This document shows, piece by piece, positions 24,948-39,095 of a stretch of DNA of 64,000 nucleotides. Both the position numbers and the translations under genes were made by a program. The notes below the pieces were generated by a model that was given only the letters and a program-made list of their open reading frames with translations, searched no databases and was not told where the DNA came from. Source of the DNA: Eledone cirrhosa (Eukaryota); assembly GCA_964016885.1 (NCBI GenBank), contig OZ024747.1, positions 85,312,001-85,376,000 on the forward strand, given 5' to 3'. How positions within the stretch are numbered: the first letter of the stretch is position 1; every line of letters starts with the position of its first letter.

Positions 24948-24965
24948 CATACATATATATATTAT

Positions 24966-25031
<66 letters not shown>

Positions 25032-25374
25032 GCTTGTGTGTCTGTGTCTATATATGTATGTTTGCATGCATGAATGAATTTTAGATTTAGTAGAATGTAC
25101 AACCACTGATTCCAGCTATTTCCACTATCGTATATTTTGGTTTCTAGTAATTCCCTGGGACTGGTTGACCAAATGCTTTGCTTAATTGTTTCATTTACTT
25201 TTTGTTAAATTTTATTCTTTCTCTTAGATTTCAGATATTTTTTGAAAGCAAAGCATTGGCCCCTAAAATACTACAGTGGGCCCTGCAATGCTACTGTGGA
25301 CTCTTGCGATGCTACCGTGGGCCCCTTGGGGCCCGCTTGCCATTGGGCAAGCTGGCAACCTGGCCAGTCCGCCA

Positions 25375-25376
<2 letters not shown>
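24197..25376. mobile_element. Probable hAT-like non-autonomous element in (TA)n, containing nested insertions
   Basis: Ends AATGGCGGACTGG and CCAGTCCGCCACTG are inverted complements; GGGCCC-rich subtermini. Confidence 0.55.
24420..24869. mobile_element. Fold-back element with a tRNA-like segment in each arm
   Basis: Paired blocks GTCGACC, CATGAACGACACCACA, TTTTGAAAGTAGGTTT, GTGGCCTAGT, GATCCTG, ATCCTGGTC and TTTTCAGTTTTT on the left have reverse-complement partners in mirrored order on the right. Confidence 0.75.
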
Positions 25377-25415
<39 letters not shown>

Positions 25416-25505
25416 ACCCGACGTTGCCCAGTAAATACTCTGAATTGGTTGTTTTCTTGTTGAATGAAAATCACGGTTCTTCAGCATGAATGTATTATAT
25501 CAGAA

Positions 25506-25694
25506 ATAATTGTTTCTACTTTTGGCACAAGGCCATCAATTACTCAGTACATTACTGGTACTTTATTTTATCGACCCCGTAAGGATGAAAGGCAAAGTTA
25601 ACTTCGGCGGGATTTGAACTCAGACCGCAAAGGGACGTAACTATGCTGGAAAGTATGGCGTCCGACCCTCTACCGATACTGCCACTCCACCGCC
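25506..25694 (-). mobile_element. SINE family 1, full length with TSD
   Basis: ATTATATCAGAAATAAT on both sides. Confidence 0.93.
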
Positions 25695-27394
25695 ATTATA
25701 TCAGAAATAATGTTTACAATATATCATCTACTCATTCTTAGGCTCTGTCAACAAAATCCCTTGCAGTCAAGATAACAGGATGCTCTTGTCTGGAATGTCT
25801 TTGTCAAATTTCTATTAACTAGCATGCCATTCGGTTACAGGTAGCTGTTGTTTCTAACATGTAAAGTAACCACATAGAAGCCTCCCCATATCTCAACAAT
25901 GGAAGAGTACCCAGCGTTGCTTGGGAAATAATGCACTGAATTGGTTATCCTTTAGTCGAATGAGAATCAAGACAATTCTACACGATGGTAATGATTGGGA
26001 GGCTTTAAAAAGAGGGGGACAGGCATGGCTAGAACACCGTTAAGAAAAGTTAATGGGTATGGTTAGAGCGCATTGAAAAAGAGGGAACATGGTCACAGCT
26101 GGAGCATCTTTAAGAAACTGTGTATAGTCATGATTGGAGAGCAAGACATGAAGAGACAGCGGAACGGGGAAATGTCGAACACACAAAATTTAACAAAACT
26201 TATGTGTGTGTATATGTGTTAGAAGGAGACAGATTATACTCACGTAATATATGTAAATATGATATACAAACACAAAACTATTAGCTAACGACTGAAGTAA
26301 CCAGAAAACACTCTTCAATATGTACAGACATGAACTAGAGTGTGTCGCAGGTATCCATGCATACTTTCATTTACAATAATTTATAATTGAAAATTTAGCC
26401 TTCTTGATTGTGTCAGAGATATCCTTTCATACTTACTATAGTAAAAATTGAATATTGATATAAGCCTGTTTCAAATGGCTTTTGAAAAGAAATATAAAAT
26501 GTGTTGTTTGATAAGAAAATTAATATTAAAAAGAAAATATTTTGTTAAAAATATTGTAAAAACAACATTCAGAGAAATTCCAGGCATATTTTTTATATCA
26601 GTATATTTCAATTTAAAAGAAATCTTGATTGTGTTAATAGAAAATGCAACCGAACATTACTAATATATTCATTTAATGCTTTCAGTTATTAATGTGAAGG
26701 CGTTCGTTATGACGTTTGTCTATGACTTCATGGTATCCTGCTGCTATTTCTCTATTGTCTCCCGTGTGAAGGCGTTCATTGTGATGGCTTTTGTGCGCAC
26801 GCGTGGATATATATATATGTGTGTACCGAGGAGCCGTCCGTAATGCTGGTTTTGTCTGTTGCTTTAAACAATGAAAATACATACTTTAAGTGCAAGAGTT
26901 ATAGAGGATCAAATTTAGTGCAAATTATTTTATTCAAAAGCGCATGTATTGTTCATGTAGAATCGATCGTTTCAGCTAGAACGAAATCGCATACAAACAT
27001 ACAAATAGATGAGTTAGAGTTTGAATATTTGCGATTGTGCTGTGTATACTCCTGCAAAACCAAGGGTGGGTATAGGTGGTCCGATATGGTAAAGGTAGAC
27101 GTGTTATAAGTACACGGATGTCCCCATGTTCTCTTTATTTTAATATTTAGTATCATAGAACCAGGGGCGGTTTCGTATAAAAAATTTTAAAACGTGTCTT
27201 AAGTACTTTTTAAAAATATATAGTTCTATAGAACCAGGGTCGCTTTAGGCGTTATAGGAGCCCCTGGTTCTATAGTACTAAAAAGTACTTACATAAATGC
27301 CCAGCATGTATGTAAAAATTACATACAGGATTAAATGTTTAAGTAACATTCTATATAGCCGACGGTCTAACGATTCTTCCAATGACTTAACAAC

Positions 27395-27775
27395 AATAGT
27401 TTCTGATTTTAAGCACAGTGCCAATAATTTTGGGGGAGGAGGAAAGTCGATTAAATCGAACCAGTACGTTACTGGTACTTTATTTTATCGACCCCATAAG
27501 GATGAAAGGCAAAGTTAACCTCGGCGGGATTTGAAATCAGAACGTAAAGGGCAATAACTCTATGCTACAAAACGTAGTAATAATTGTTTCTACTTTAGGC
27601 ACAAGGCCAGCAATTTGAAGAGAAGGAGAAAGTCGATTAAATTGATCTCAGTGCATTACTGGTACTTTATTTATAGACCTAGTAAGGATGAAAGATAAAC
27701 CTCAGCAGAATTCGAACTCAGAACGTAAAGGGCCGTAATCTATGCCGCTAAACCGATTCTGCCAATCATTCGCCC
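27395..27775 (-). mobile_element. Two tandem SINE family 1 long-tail variants
   Basis: Core matches at about 27470-27545 and 27655-27730. Confidence 0.83.
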
Positions 27776-27909
27776 TCTGAACACAATAATAATAACAAAG
27801 ATTTTATTGGCCACAAAGGCCGAAGAGATTTAGGATAATATAAAGGAGAAATATATAGGAAAACAACTATGGCGGAACGGGGTGGGGGAAGAGGTTATGT
27901 TGAGTGAGG

Positions 27910-28099
27910 TTAACAATAACAACAATAACAACAATAACAATAACAACACCAACAATAACAACACCAATAATAACAGTATCAACAGTAACAACAACAACAA
28001 CAACAGTATCAACAGCAAAAACAACAGCAGCAGCAACAACAATAACAGTATCAACAGCAACAACAACAACAATAACAGTAACAACAACAATAACAGTAG

Positions 28100-28130
<31 letters not shown>

Positions 28131-28162
28131 AACAATAACAGTAACAACAACAATAACAGTAG

Positions 28163-28193
<31 letters not shown>

Positions 28194-28217
28194 AACAGTA
28201 ACAACAACAACAACAAT
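27910..28217. repeat. (AAC)n-rich trinucleotide tract
   Basis: Direct reading. Confidence 0.95.
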
Positions 28218-28284
28218 CAGCTTTTAACTGAACAATAGTGTTAATAAAATATCTACTCTTTATAATAGTTTAAAACTTTGCCTA

Positions 28285-28548
28285 TTAATCCGTATGGTGA
28301 GCAAATGGGGTCCCACGCGCTGGCCTCCCCACAGTCCCGGCGGACACGATGGAGAAGGAGTTTCCCCGCCGGGAGGATGGTAAGGGAGATGCGCTGGAAG
28401 AGTCATTCTAACTCGCGAGGCTCACACCTGCGGCTGGCCAGCTCAGCGGCTATGGTGGTGAGTAGGGAGGTAGTCCTAGGGCCAAGGACACCAGAAGTCT
28501 CTACTGCCAAGGGCACGACCGCGAACTTGTCAGAGAGCAACCGGTTCC
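28285..28548 (-). mobile_element. CRE-like LINE 3' fragment
   Basis: Similar to 61360-61610; minus strand reads LSDKFAVVPLAVETSGVLGP...FQRISL. Confidence 0.75.
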
Positions 28549-28724
28549 CACTCTACACATATTAATGAAGAAGAAGAAGAAGAAGAAGAAGAAGAAGAAT
28601 GTGACGATGATGATGATGATGATGATAGAACAACAGATGTGAGACAATATTTCTGTGGATATTGAAGTGTTAGTAAATAAGTCATATGTAAGTCAGTGTT
28701 AGTGTGTATGGTGTGTGTGTGTGT

Positions 28725-29012
28725 GTGTGACGTGAGTGATGTGTGTGACGTTTGTGATGTGTGTGATGTTTGTGACGTATGTGATGTGTGTGATGTTTGT
28801 GATGTGTGTGATGTTTGTGACGTATGTGATGTGTGTGATGTTTGTGAAGTGTGTGACGTATGTGATGTGTGTGACGTTTGTGATGTGTGTGATGTTTGTG
28901 ACGTATGTGATGTGTGTGATGTTTGTGATGTTTGTGACGTATGTGATGTGTGTGACGTTTGTGATTTGTGTGATGTTTGTGACGTATTGATGTGTGTGAT
29001 GTTTGTGATGTG
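28725..29012. repeat. 9-bp-period minisatellite (GTGTGTGAT/GTTTGTGAC/GTATGTGAT)
   Basis: CDV tripeptide periodicity in ORF 28696..29319. Confidence 0.92.
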
Positions 29013-29110
29013 TGTGTATACAGACACATACATGTGTGTGCATATAGCTAGGCGCAAATATGGATATACACATGCGTTCGCGCGCGCACACACACACATA
29101 TACATACACA

Positions 29111-29174
<64 letters not shown>

Positions 29175-29256
29175 TGTGTGTGTGTGTATATATAAGTATG
29201 TATGTGTATATAATATATATGTACGTATGTATATATATATATATATATATATATTC

Positions 29257-29287
<31 letters not shown>

Positions 29288-29377
29288 AGAGAGAGAGAGA
29301 GAGATACGTAGATAGATAGATATATAGATAGAAAGTATATACACATATTTCAGCGTGTATGTGTTCGAACGCGTGCG

Positions 29378-31430
29378 TGTGTACTGTGAGTGTGTGTATG
29401 TCTGTGAGTAAGTGTACTGTGAATGTGTGTATGTCTGTGAGTAAGTGTACTGTGAGTGTGTGTATGTCTATGAGTTAGTGTACTGTGAGTGTGTGTATGT
29501 CTGTGAGTAAGTGTACTGCGAATGTGTGTATGTCTGTGAGTAAGTGTACTGTGAATGTGTGTATGTCTGTGAGTAAGTGTACTGTGAGTGTGTGTATGTC
29601 TATGAGTTAGTGTACTGTGAGTGTGTGTATGTCTGTGAGTAAGTGTACTGCGAATGTGTGTATGTCTGTGAGTAAGTGTACTGTGAATGTGTGTATGTCT
29701 GTGAGTAAGTGTACTGTGAGTGTGTGTATGTCTATGAGTTAGTGTACTGTGAGTGTGTGTATGTCTGTGAGTAAGTGTACTGTGAATGTGTGTATGTCTG
29801 TGAGTAAGTGTACTGTGAGTGTGTGTATGTCTATGAGTTAGTGTACTGTGAGTGTGTGTATGTCTGTGAGTAAGTGTACTGTGAATGTGTGTATGTCTGT
29901 GAGTAAGTGTACTGTGAGTGTGTGTATGTCTGTGAGTAAGTGTACTGTGAGTGTGTGTATGTCTATGAGTTAGTGTACTGTGAGTGTGTGTATGTCTGTG
30001 AGTAAGTGTACTGCGAATGTGTGTATGTCTGTGAGTTAGTGTACTGTGAGTGTGTGTATGTGTGAGTTAGTGTACATGTGAGTGTAGATATGTGTGAGTA
30101 AGTGTACTGTGAGTGTGTGTATGTCTATGAGTTAGTGTACTGTGAGTGTGTGTATGTCTGTGAGTAAGTGTACTGTGAATGTGTGTATGTCTGTGAGTTA
30201 GTGTACTGTGAGTGTGTGTATGTGTGAGTTAGTGTACTGTGAGTGTGTGTATGTGTGAGTTAGTGTACGTGTGAGTGTAGATATGTGTGAGTAAGTGTAC
30301 TGTGAGTATGTGTATGTCTGTGAGTTAGTGTACTGTGAATGTGTGTATGTGTGAGTTGGTGTACGTGTGAGTGTAGATATGTGTGAGTAAGTGTACTGTG
30401 AGTGTGTGTATGTGTGAGTTAGTGTGAGTGTAGATATGTGTGAGTAAGTGTACTGTGAGTGTAGATATGTGTGAGTAAGTGTACTGTGAGTGTGTGTATG
30501 TCTGTGAGTTAGTGTACTATGAGTGTGTGTATGTCTGTGAGTTAGTGTACTGTGAATGTGTGTATGTGTGAGTTGGTGTACGTGTGAGTGTAGATATGTG
30601 TGAGTTAGTGTACTGTGAGTGTGTGTATGTCTGTGAGTTAGTATACTGTGAGTGTGTGTATGTGTGAGTTAGTGTACTGTGAGTGTAGATATGTGTGAGT
30701 CAAGTGTACTATGAGTGTGTGTATGTCTGTGAGTTAGTGTACTGTGAATGTGTGTGTCTGTGTGAGTTAGTGTACGTGTGAGTGTAGATATGTGTGAGTA
30801 AGTGTACTGTGAGTGTGTGTATGTCTGTGAGTTAGTATACTGTGAGTGTGTGTATGTGTGAGTTAGTGTACTGTGAGTGTAGATATGTGTGAGTAAGTGT
30901 ACTATGAGTGTGTGTATGTCTGTGAGTTAGTGTACTGTGAATGTGTGTGTGTGAGTTAGTGTACGTGTGAGTGTAGATATGTGTGAGTAAGTGTACTGTG
31001 AGTGTGTGTATCTCTGTGAGTTAGTATACTGTGAGTGTGTGTATGTGTGAGTTAGTGTACTGTGAGTGTAGATATGTGTGAGTAAGTGTACGTGTGCGTG
31101 TAGATATGTGTGAGTAAGTGTACGTGTGAGTGTAGATATGTGTGAGTTAGTGTACTGTGAATGTGTGTATGTCTATGAGTTAGTGTACTGTGAATGTGTG
31201 TATGTGTGAGTTAGTGTACGTGTGAGTGTAGATATGTGTGAGTAAGTGTACTGTGAGTGTGTGTATGTCTATGAGTTAGTGTACTGTGAATGTGTGTATG
31301 TCTGTGAGTTAGTATACTGTGAGTGTGTGTATGTGTGAGTTAGTGTACGTGTGAGTGTAGATATGTGTGAGTAAGTGTACTGTGAGTGTGTGTATGTGTG
31401 AGTTAGTGTACGTGTGAGTGTAGATATGTG
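29378..31430. repeat. About 2-kb minisatellite, unit about 31-33 bp (TGTACTGTGAGTGTGTGTATGTCTGTGAGTAAG)
   Basis: Direct reading; variants change along the array. Confidence 0.96.
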
Positions 31431-31560
31431 TTATTTTAAACAGCAGCTAACTATTTCACGGCTGCTTATGCAGAACATCTTTTGAGTAGATAAAAGAATG
31501 GTTTTGAGCTGTAACTACCTCAATTAACTTTAGTCTGTATATTTTGTCTGTGTGTGTCAC

Positions 31561-31643
<83 letters not shown>

Positions 31644-31658
31644 ACACACACACACACA

Positions 31659-31721
<63 letters not shown>

Positions 31722-31736
31722 GTATATGTATGTATT

Positions 31737-31826
<90 letters not shown>

Positions 31827-31827
31827 T

Positions 31828-31866
<39 letters not shown>

Positions 31867-31885
31867 GAACTCTGGAAGGTACTAC

Positions 31886-31944
<59 letters not shown>

Positions 31945-32559
31945 TATATAAATATATATATATATACACCCACATATACACATTTTTGAGTAGTGGAGCA
32001 GAAACTCAATAATGGTGGTCTGTGCTGTGATGTGAGATAGTTAGAAGGTTTAGTAGAAAAAAATTAGAGTAAGAAATTATAAGAGAATATATAGAAGCGA
32101 GGTTTGTTAAGTGTATTTAGTGATGAAAAGAAACATGTTTGTGGTTGTTGTGTATCGTATGAGTTATTACTACCCCCTCCTCATATTTCTTCAGTGACGT
32201 ACTGCACTCTCTCTAATATTACAACTAGTTACGACACCTCCAACAAAGCGTGTGTCTCCACAGGCATTCCAAGTTATAGGCTTTGTCCCACACCCAGGCC
32301 AGAACAGAGCGTTGAGAGTAGGTAAGTCGAAGGCCGTACTCCCCGCCAAATTCTAAACCTTTTATCCTTCCCTCTTACTTGTTGGTATATAAATGCACGT
32401 GTATAAACCGGTAACCCGTGCATAAATCATATATATTTAGTACTTGCCAAAATACATAATAATTAGCTTCGAATGAGGCCTATTGACTGCTTAATAGGGG
32501 GTGGCATTTCACATCTGGCCTAGTGGTATTAAAAGCACGAGACGAAGAACATTTCACAT

Positions 32560-33156
32560 CTGGCTAGAGCTTGTTACCAGCATAGAATGGGATATATCTT
32601 GCATCCGGCCAAAGCTTGTTACCAGCATAGAATGGGATATATCTTGCATCCGGCCAAAGCTTGTTACCAACATAGAATGGGATATATCTTGCATCCGGCC
32701 AAAGCTTGTTACCAGCATAGAATGGGATATATCTTGCATCCGGCCAAAGCTTGTTACCAGCATAGAATGGGATATATTTTGCATCCGGCCAAAGCTTGTT
32801 ACCAGCATAGAATGGGATATATCTTGCATCCGGCCAAAGCTTGTTACCAGCATAGAATGGGATATATCTTGCATCCAGCCAAAGCTTGTTACCAGCATAG
32901 AATGGGATATATCTTGCATCCGGCCAAAGCTTGTTACCAGCATAGAATGGGATATATCTTGCATCCAGCCAAAGCTTGTTACCAGCATAGAATGGGATAT
33001 ATCTTGCATCCAGCCAAAGCTTGTTACCAGCATAGAATGGGATATATCCTGCATCCAGCCAAAGCTTGTTACCAGCATAGAATGGGATATATCTTGCATC
33101 CGACCAAGGCTTGTTACCAGCATAGAATGGGATATATCTTGCATCCAGCCAAAGCT
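32560..33156. repeat. 45-bp minisatellite, about 13 near-identical copies
   Basis: Unit AAAGCTTGTTACCAGCATAGAATGGGATATATCTTGCATCCGGCC; 15-aa periodicity in three frames. Confidence 0.97.
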
Positions 33157-33405
33157 GGGGTCCCTACCCGGGCGCCCGTGTCTGTAGAGCTTGTCTCAAA
33201 CTGGTAGAGCTCCTCAGTAGCACTGCCAGGCCAGGGACTTTTGGAAGTTGTCCATTGGTCCCGGGCGGAAGGTCCTACCGAACAGACTAGCCAGTTCATC
33301 CTCCTCTACTCCTAGAGTTTCTCCGAGCGTGTCGTCGCATTTGCTGCAGAACAACCCTCTATAGAATGTAGAAGTGGAGTCTCCACTGATCGCCGGGTCC
33401 GTTTG
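33157..33405 (-). mobile_element. Tx1/L1-like ORF2 C-terminal fragment
   Basis: Minus strand reads FYRGLF...FQKSLAWQCY*GALPV*DKLYRHG, resembling the W...LP...L zf-RVT region of Tx1/L1 proteins. Confidence 0.55.
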
Positions 33406-33424
33406 AGATAGATAGATAGATATA

Positions 33425-33513
33425 TTTCTTTATTAGCCACAGCGGCACAAAAGAAGGGGACAAATACAAAGGGGGAAGTTTACATACAATAAAAACGTGT
33501 AAAATGTTATCAC
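33425..33513 (-). mobile_element. Extreme 3' end of Tx1-like LINE in (GATA)n
   Basis: Near-identical to 23697-23787; (GATA)n on both sides. Confidence 0.65.
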
Positions 33514-33554
<41 letters not shown>

Positions 33555-33569
33555 TCGTAGACATCTTGT

Positions 33570-33975
33570 ACAAGTATATTCGCAAGAAAGATTGCGAAAA
33601 GATATATATGCTAGAAATATTGCCAAAACACACTCTAACTAGAATATAACCTATCTACTGAATACTTCGAGGCTTTCAGCCTTTTCCCCTTAAATATATG
33701 TCATCACCCACATATAAAAGATTCTCGAAGGTCATATCATACATTGACATCCATCTTAGAACCAGTTTTATTACTGGACTTTACACAGTCAACCTTCAAA
33801 ACCTATCGTTAGCTGGAAACCGAGAAAACATTGTTGGCTAATACTTCATCATTCTCAGCTGTTTAACTATTTACCTGAAATAATGGGAAACTTGATAATG
33901 GTACATGTTAACGATTTTAAAGATCATCAAGATAGATTTCTCTCTCGCATGTGCCCAACAGCCACTTATCAGCAG
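33570..33975 (+). mobile_element. Decayed CR1/L2-like LINE 3' fragment
   Basis: LFNYLPEIMGNL...FKDHQDRFL resembles the LFN.LP...FK..LD.FL terminus of CR1-group ORF2. Confidence 0.4.
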
Positions 33976-34199
33976 GTTACAAATGTCAGTATAGAGCAAT
34001 ATGTAACAACCCAACAGCTAATTATCAACAATAAATCTATTGACGTAATTACCTTTACAAAACAATATCTAACAATAACATATATAGTATAAAACAATAA
34101 CAAAACATGTGGAAACGTTAGAAAACAAGATACAAGAGATATGGACTATTCCTATACGTTGTGAGCTATATTGGTTCTTTAATGTGATAATCAAGTTTT

Positions 34200-34750
34200 T
34201 TTTACCTACGAAAGTATTTTCCGTTTCGAATCAGCATCCAGTAATTAGAAGGAGGGAGGTAGGCGTAAAAGCCAAACTCGCTATCTTCAATGCAGTTTTC
34301 GTGCCAACCCTTACCTATGGTCATGAATCTTGGGTAATGACCGAAATAATACGATCGCGAATACAAGCGGCCGAAATGGGGTTCCTACGAAGGGTCTTTG
34401 GAGTAACGTTACTCGATTGAGTCCGTAATTCGGAGATGAGAGAGTCACTCCAGGTAGAGCCGCAACTTCTCTGAATTGAGACATCAAAGCTCCGATACTA
34501 TGGGTATGTGGTTAGAATGTCTCGGGAAAGAATCGCTGGATAGATTTTACGGGCAAAACCAACTAGCAGGAGACCCAAGGGTAGACACCGAGCAAGATGG
34601 TATAATAACATCCATGAGATTGGCTGGTCTCGCTTGGGGATCCAGCCGGATCAGTTGGAGACGGTTGCTTCTGACAGCACCCGCTGGAGGGAGTGTTTGA
34701 GGATTCTGCCCCCACGACCCTCTCAGGAATAAGTGGGCGAAGAAGAAGAG
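34200..34750 (+). mobile_element. RTE-clade LINE 3' fragment
   Basis: KLAIFNAVFVPTLTYGHESWVMT...RIQAAEMGFLRRVFGVTLLD; ends GTGGGCGAAGAAGAAG. Confidence 0.88.
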
Positions 34751-35063
34751 AGCCTTAATAGAAAGTAGGCACAAGGTTCAATGTTGTTAAAAGTAATATT
34801 TTATGTTCCAGCGTAACTTGCTGATAGTTGTGATAAACATATGTTTTATGTCAGCAAATAATACACATTGAAGATATAGAGCAACTTCTATCAGCCTGGA
34901 TAATACATAGAGGTTTGCACATTCACACACACACACAAACACTCGCATTTACCTATCTCTGTATGAATATGTATGTATGTACGTATGAAAGTATGTATGT
35001 ATGTATGTATGCATGTATGAAAGTATGTATGTATGTATGCATGTATGAAAGTATGTATGTATG

Positions 35064-35097
<34 letters not shown>

Positions 35098-35537
35098 TGT
35101 ATGTATGTATGTATGTACATATACTCGATAACGAGTGGGCAATCATCATATCATCACATACATAAGTGTATATACATATATATACATATATGTATATACG
35201 TATAATATATCAGTTCTATATCTGATTGAGCACTGTTTTCCCTTTACCTGTTGAACACCTACGGATATTTTGTGTGTGTGTATGGGTGTATGTGTTTGTG
35301 AGTGTGTTTGTGTGTATTTATAATTCATGAAGAAGAACCATTTTAAGTGGAATTTATTCCTGTGTAATTCCCACATAGATACACTGGCCAATATCAGCAA
35401 AACTTACATGCCTTCCTGACATATATTTTAACTTTTTATCCCATATCTTTGAAGAAAAACACCGCTCACCCCACATACATGTATACAAATCTTGCTTTCG
35501 TTTTCTGATACTCGAGCACTCTCTCTTTCTCTCTGTT

Positions 35538-35669
<132 letters not shown>

Positions 35670-35714
35670 TAAATAAATATATATATATATATATATGTAT
35701 GTATATATATTTAC

Positions 35715-35835
<121 letters not shown>

Positions 35836-36734
35836 TACATTTACATATATAAATATACATATATATATATTATACACACACATACATTTGTGTGTGTATG
35901 TATATACATATAGTCATATCTATACATATACAGTTCTTTTTCAACTGAAGAAAATATGGAAACGTCTCTTAAATATTTCTAGCAGCAGTTATTTTATTTA
36001 TTCAAATATATTTCTTTGCCTGTTATCTGTTTTCTTTTCTGCTTTCTTCTGATTTTCTTCTCTTTATTTTTCTGTTTCTGATTAATCTTTAATTCCTTTG
36101 GAATCCGTTAAAATCTTCTAACGTATTACTTTTCACAATAAATATACAGAAGAATTTTGAAATAAATAACATAAATAAATAAATAAATAAACAAATAAAT
36201 AATGAAAATAAAAAAATAAATTCTGCTAGCAAATATTGCAAGTATATAGCTCAAAATTTTGCTGCAAAAATGCACACTGCAAAAAATGTCGTCAAAAAAA
36301 TCTCGTCAGAATTATTCTGCATACAGTAAATAACTAATATCGCTAAAATGAATCAACACAGTAAAAAGTATCGCCAAATCTTTACTGCACACTGCAAAAT
36401 GTTTGTGAATAGAATTCTGAAAGAAGATACTGCTTAAAAATATAGCAAACGACCATAAGAAGCTAAACAGAATAAGAAGTATAGTTTTATTGATGTTATA
36501 ACATATATATCTTCAACTAACATCATAGCGAAAAAAAAAACATTTTTTCCTCCTCTGAAAGTGACATTTGCCATTTGGATAGCAAAATCGCAAAATATGT
36601 TCGTATGGAAAACGGAATAAAAAAGAAAACTTCAAATAGTTTCAGAGTTCCAAGTTATATTTGAGAAGTTATTATTTGGAAAGGAATTGTTTACACAACT
36701 GTCGTTATATACTGATAAATGTGTTTTACTAATC

Positions 36735-37140
36735 CAACCATCTTGTTCGGTGCCTACTCCTGGGTCTCCTGCCGGTCGGTTTGGCCCATAAAATCTGTCC
36801 AGCGATTCTTTCCTGAGATATTCTAACCAAATGTCCATAATATCGGAGCTGTGATCACTCAATTCAGAGACAGCAGCTCTACCTGGAGTGACTCTCTGAT
36901 CTCTGAGCTACACACTCTATCGAGTAAGGTTACTCCAAAGACCCTTTGGAGGACTTCCATTTCGGCCACTTTTATTTGCGATCGTATTCTTCGGTCATTA
37001 CCCAAGATTCATAACCATAGATAAGGATTGGCGCGAAAACTACATTGAAGATAGCGAGTTTGGCTTTTACGCCTACCTCCATTCTGATTACTGAATGCTG
37101 ATTCAAAACAGAAAATATTTTTGTAGGTAAAAAAAACTTA
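36735..37140 (-). mobile_element. RTE-clade LINE fragment
   Basis: Similar to the reverse complement of 34195-34600. Confidence 0.85.
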
Positions 37141-37439
37141 CTTGTGAAGTTGAGAAGTTGTGAAGGCGCGTGGCTTAGGTGTTAGTGTGTTCAACCCATA
37201 CGATCATGAGTTCAACAGATACTGATATATAAATGTCATTACATTACATTTTCTTATTCACTGCTAATCAATATAGAGATATATATTTAGACCAAACAAT
37301 AATAGCTTCCTTGCTTTTTTTCTTTCTTTCCTACCTCACTGCTTACTTTATTCTCTGTGAAGGTACGTAGCTTAGTGGTTAGAATGGTTGGTTTGCCATC
37401 GCCAGGATTGGATGGTCAGCCTTACGAGCTTTATGTAGA

Positions 37440-37900
37440 TATGCCAGACTTGTCGTCGAAGTTTTTTGTAGGGGAGGCGCAAACTTGCGCAATCTCGACC
37501 AGACCCATTCAAGACAACCTCCACCTCATGTAATACATCACAGAGATGGTAGGGTGTAAACCTGTCTTCGGTGGGGTTCTGATCAATTTAGATCAATCGA
37601 AAGCTTTCGAGAGGGTCGACCAATCGATACCTAGAGGCTGACCTCAAGGCAGCTGGGTTCGGTCCCGTCTTCAAAGGCTGGGTCGCTGCAATGCTGTTCG
37701 GTGGTCAAAGATAATGGACATTTTGGGAACCGTTTCAGTACCTGGGTGGTTCTCCCTCCTTTTAGGAAATTATTATTGTTGTAATTTTACTTATTGTTTT
37801 TGTTAATTTGTTTTTTTTTTACTCGATTTTATTGTACCCCCTGTCCCTGTCTTTTTGTATTGTCCTCTATATGTAGGTCCTTGTGGCCCATAAAGAAATT
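37440..37900 (+). mobile_element. Internally deleted Tx1/L1-like LINE (RT fragment plus 3' UTR)
   Basis: VLINLDQSKAFERVD (RT motif DxxKAFDxV) at about 37575-37620; 3' end CCTTGTGGCCCATAAAGAAA resembles the terminus at 23697. Confidence 0.6.
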
Positions 37901-37916
37901 ATTATTATCATTATTA

Positions 37917-37975
<59 letters not shown>

Positions 37976-38277
37976 AGATGTAGGAAGAATCTACGGGTGC
38001 ATATATGTGTGCATGTGTATGTGTGCGTGGGCGCGTATATAAATGCGTGTGTGTATGCAATTATGTGTATGCGTGTAGTCTGTGCGTGTATGTGTCTATG
38101 TGTGTATGTGTGTATGTGTGTGTTTGTGTGAATGTGTGTGTGTATGCGATTATGTGTATACGTGTAGTGTCTGTGTGTATGTGTGTGTGTATGCGATTAT
38201 GTGTATACGTGTAGTGTCTGTGTGTATGTGTGTGTGTATGTGTATGTGTGTGTATATATGTGTGTGTGTATGTGTGT

Positions 38278-38313
<36 letters not shown>

Positions 38314-39020
38314 AAGATGAAAGCGAAAGGGAAGAATAATGCACTTAGGTTGACATCGGGGTAAAAAGTCAGAAGTCGTTTGTCAATTATAGGAAACAAT
38401 ATAAAGAGAGGCATGTCGTTAACCACCACCTCCTCCCCCTCCATCGTCTTCCCCCTCCTCCTCCTCCACCTCACCCGAGTCGTTCTCCCCCTCCATCTGC
38501 TCTCTTCTCTTCCATCTACAATGCACTCTCCCCCTCTCCCACATATGTGAGGAGAGCGTGGGTAGCAAAAATCTTAATGTGAAAAGCACATATGTGGTAA
38601 ATGTATTATGAAATACCTCGGGACACCACATACTTACATATATACATTGTATTCTCATACATACATACATACATACAAACATACATACATACATACATAC
38701 ATACATACATACATACATACAAACAGACAGACAGACAGACAGCCATATATATAAACACCCACACACGCACACATAGACACATGCATATATATATATATAT
38801 ATATATATACACATGTATATGTTTATATACACATATATATATATATTTCATATAGACATGATTTCTACAGGGTTAGAACTGTTGCCTTCTTTTGAAATCT
38901 TCAAGACCAGTAATATTTATATTAAAGCTGGTTTATAGGTAGAATAAAAAATAGATCACGTGATGGGAAGTGGATGGTAAGAGTATGTCTGTACGTAAGA
39001 GATAGATAGATAGATAGATA

Positions 39021-39095
<75 letters not shown>

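Noticed and set aside
32501-33207. CRISPR-like or repeat-protein interpretation of the 45-bp array (also the 20-bp and 99-bp arrays)
   Set aside because: Head-to-tail units with no unique spacers, no cas genes, eukaryotic context.
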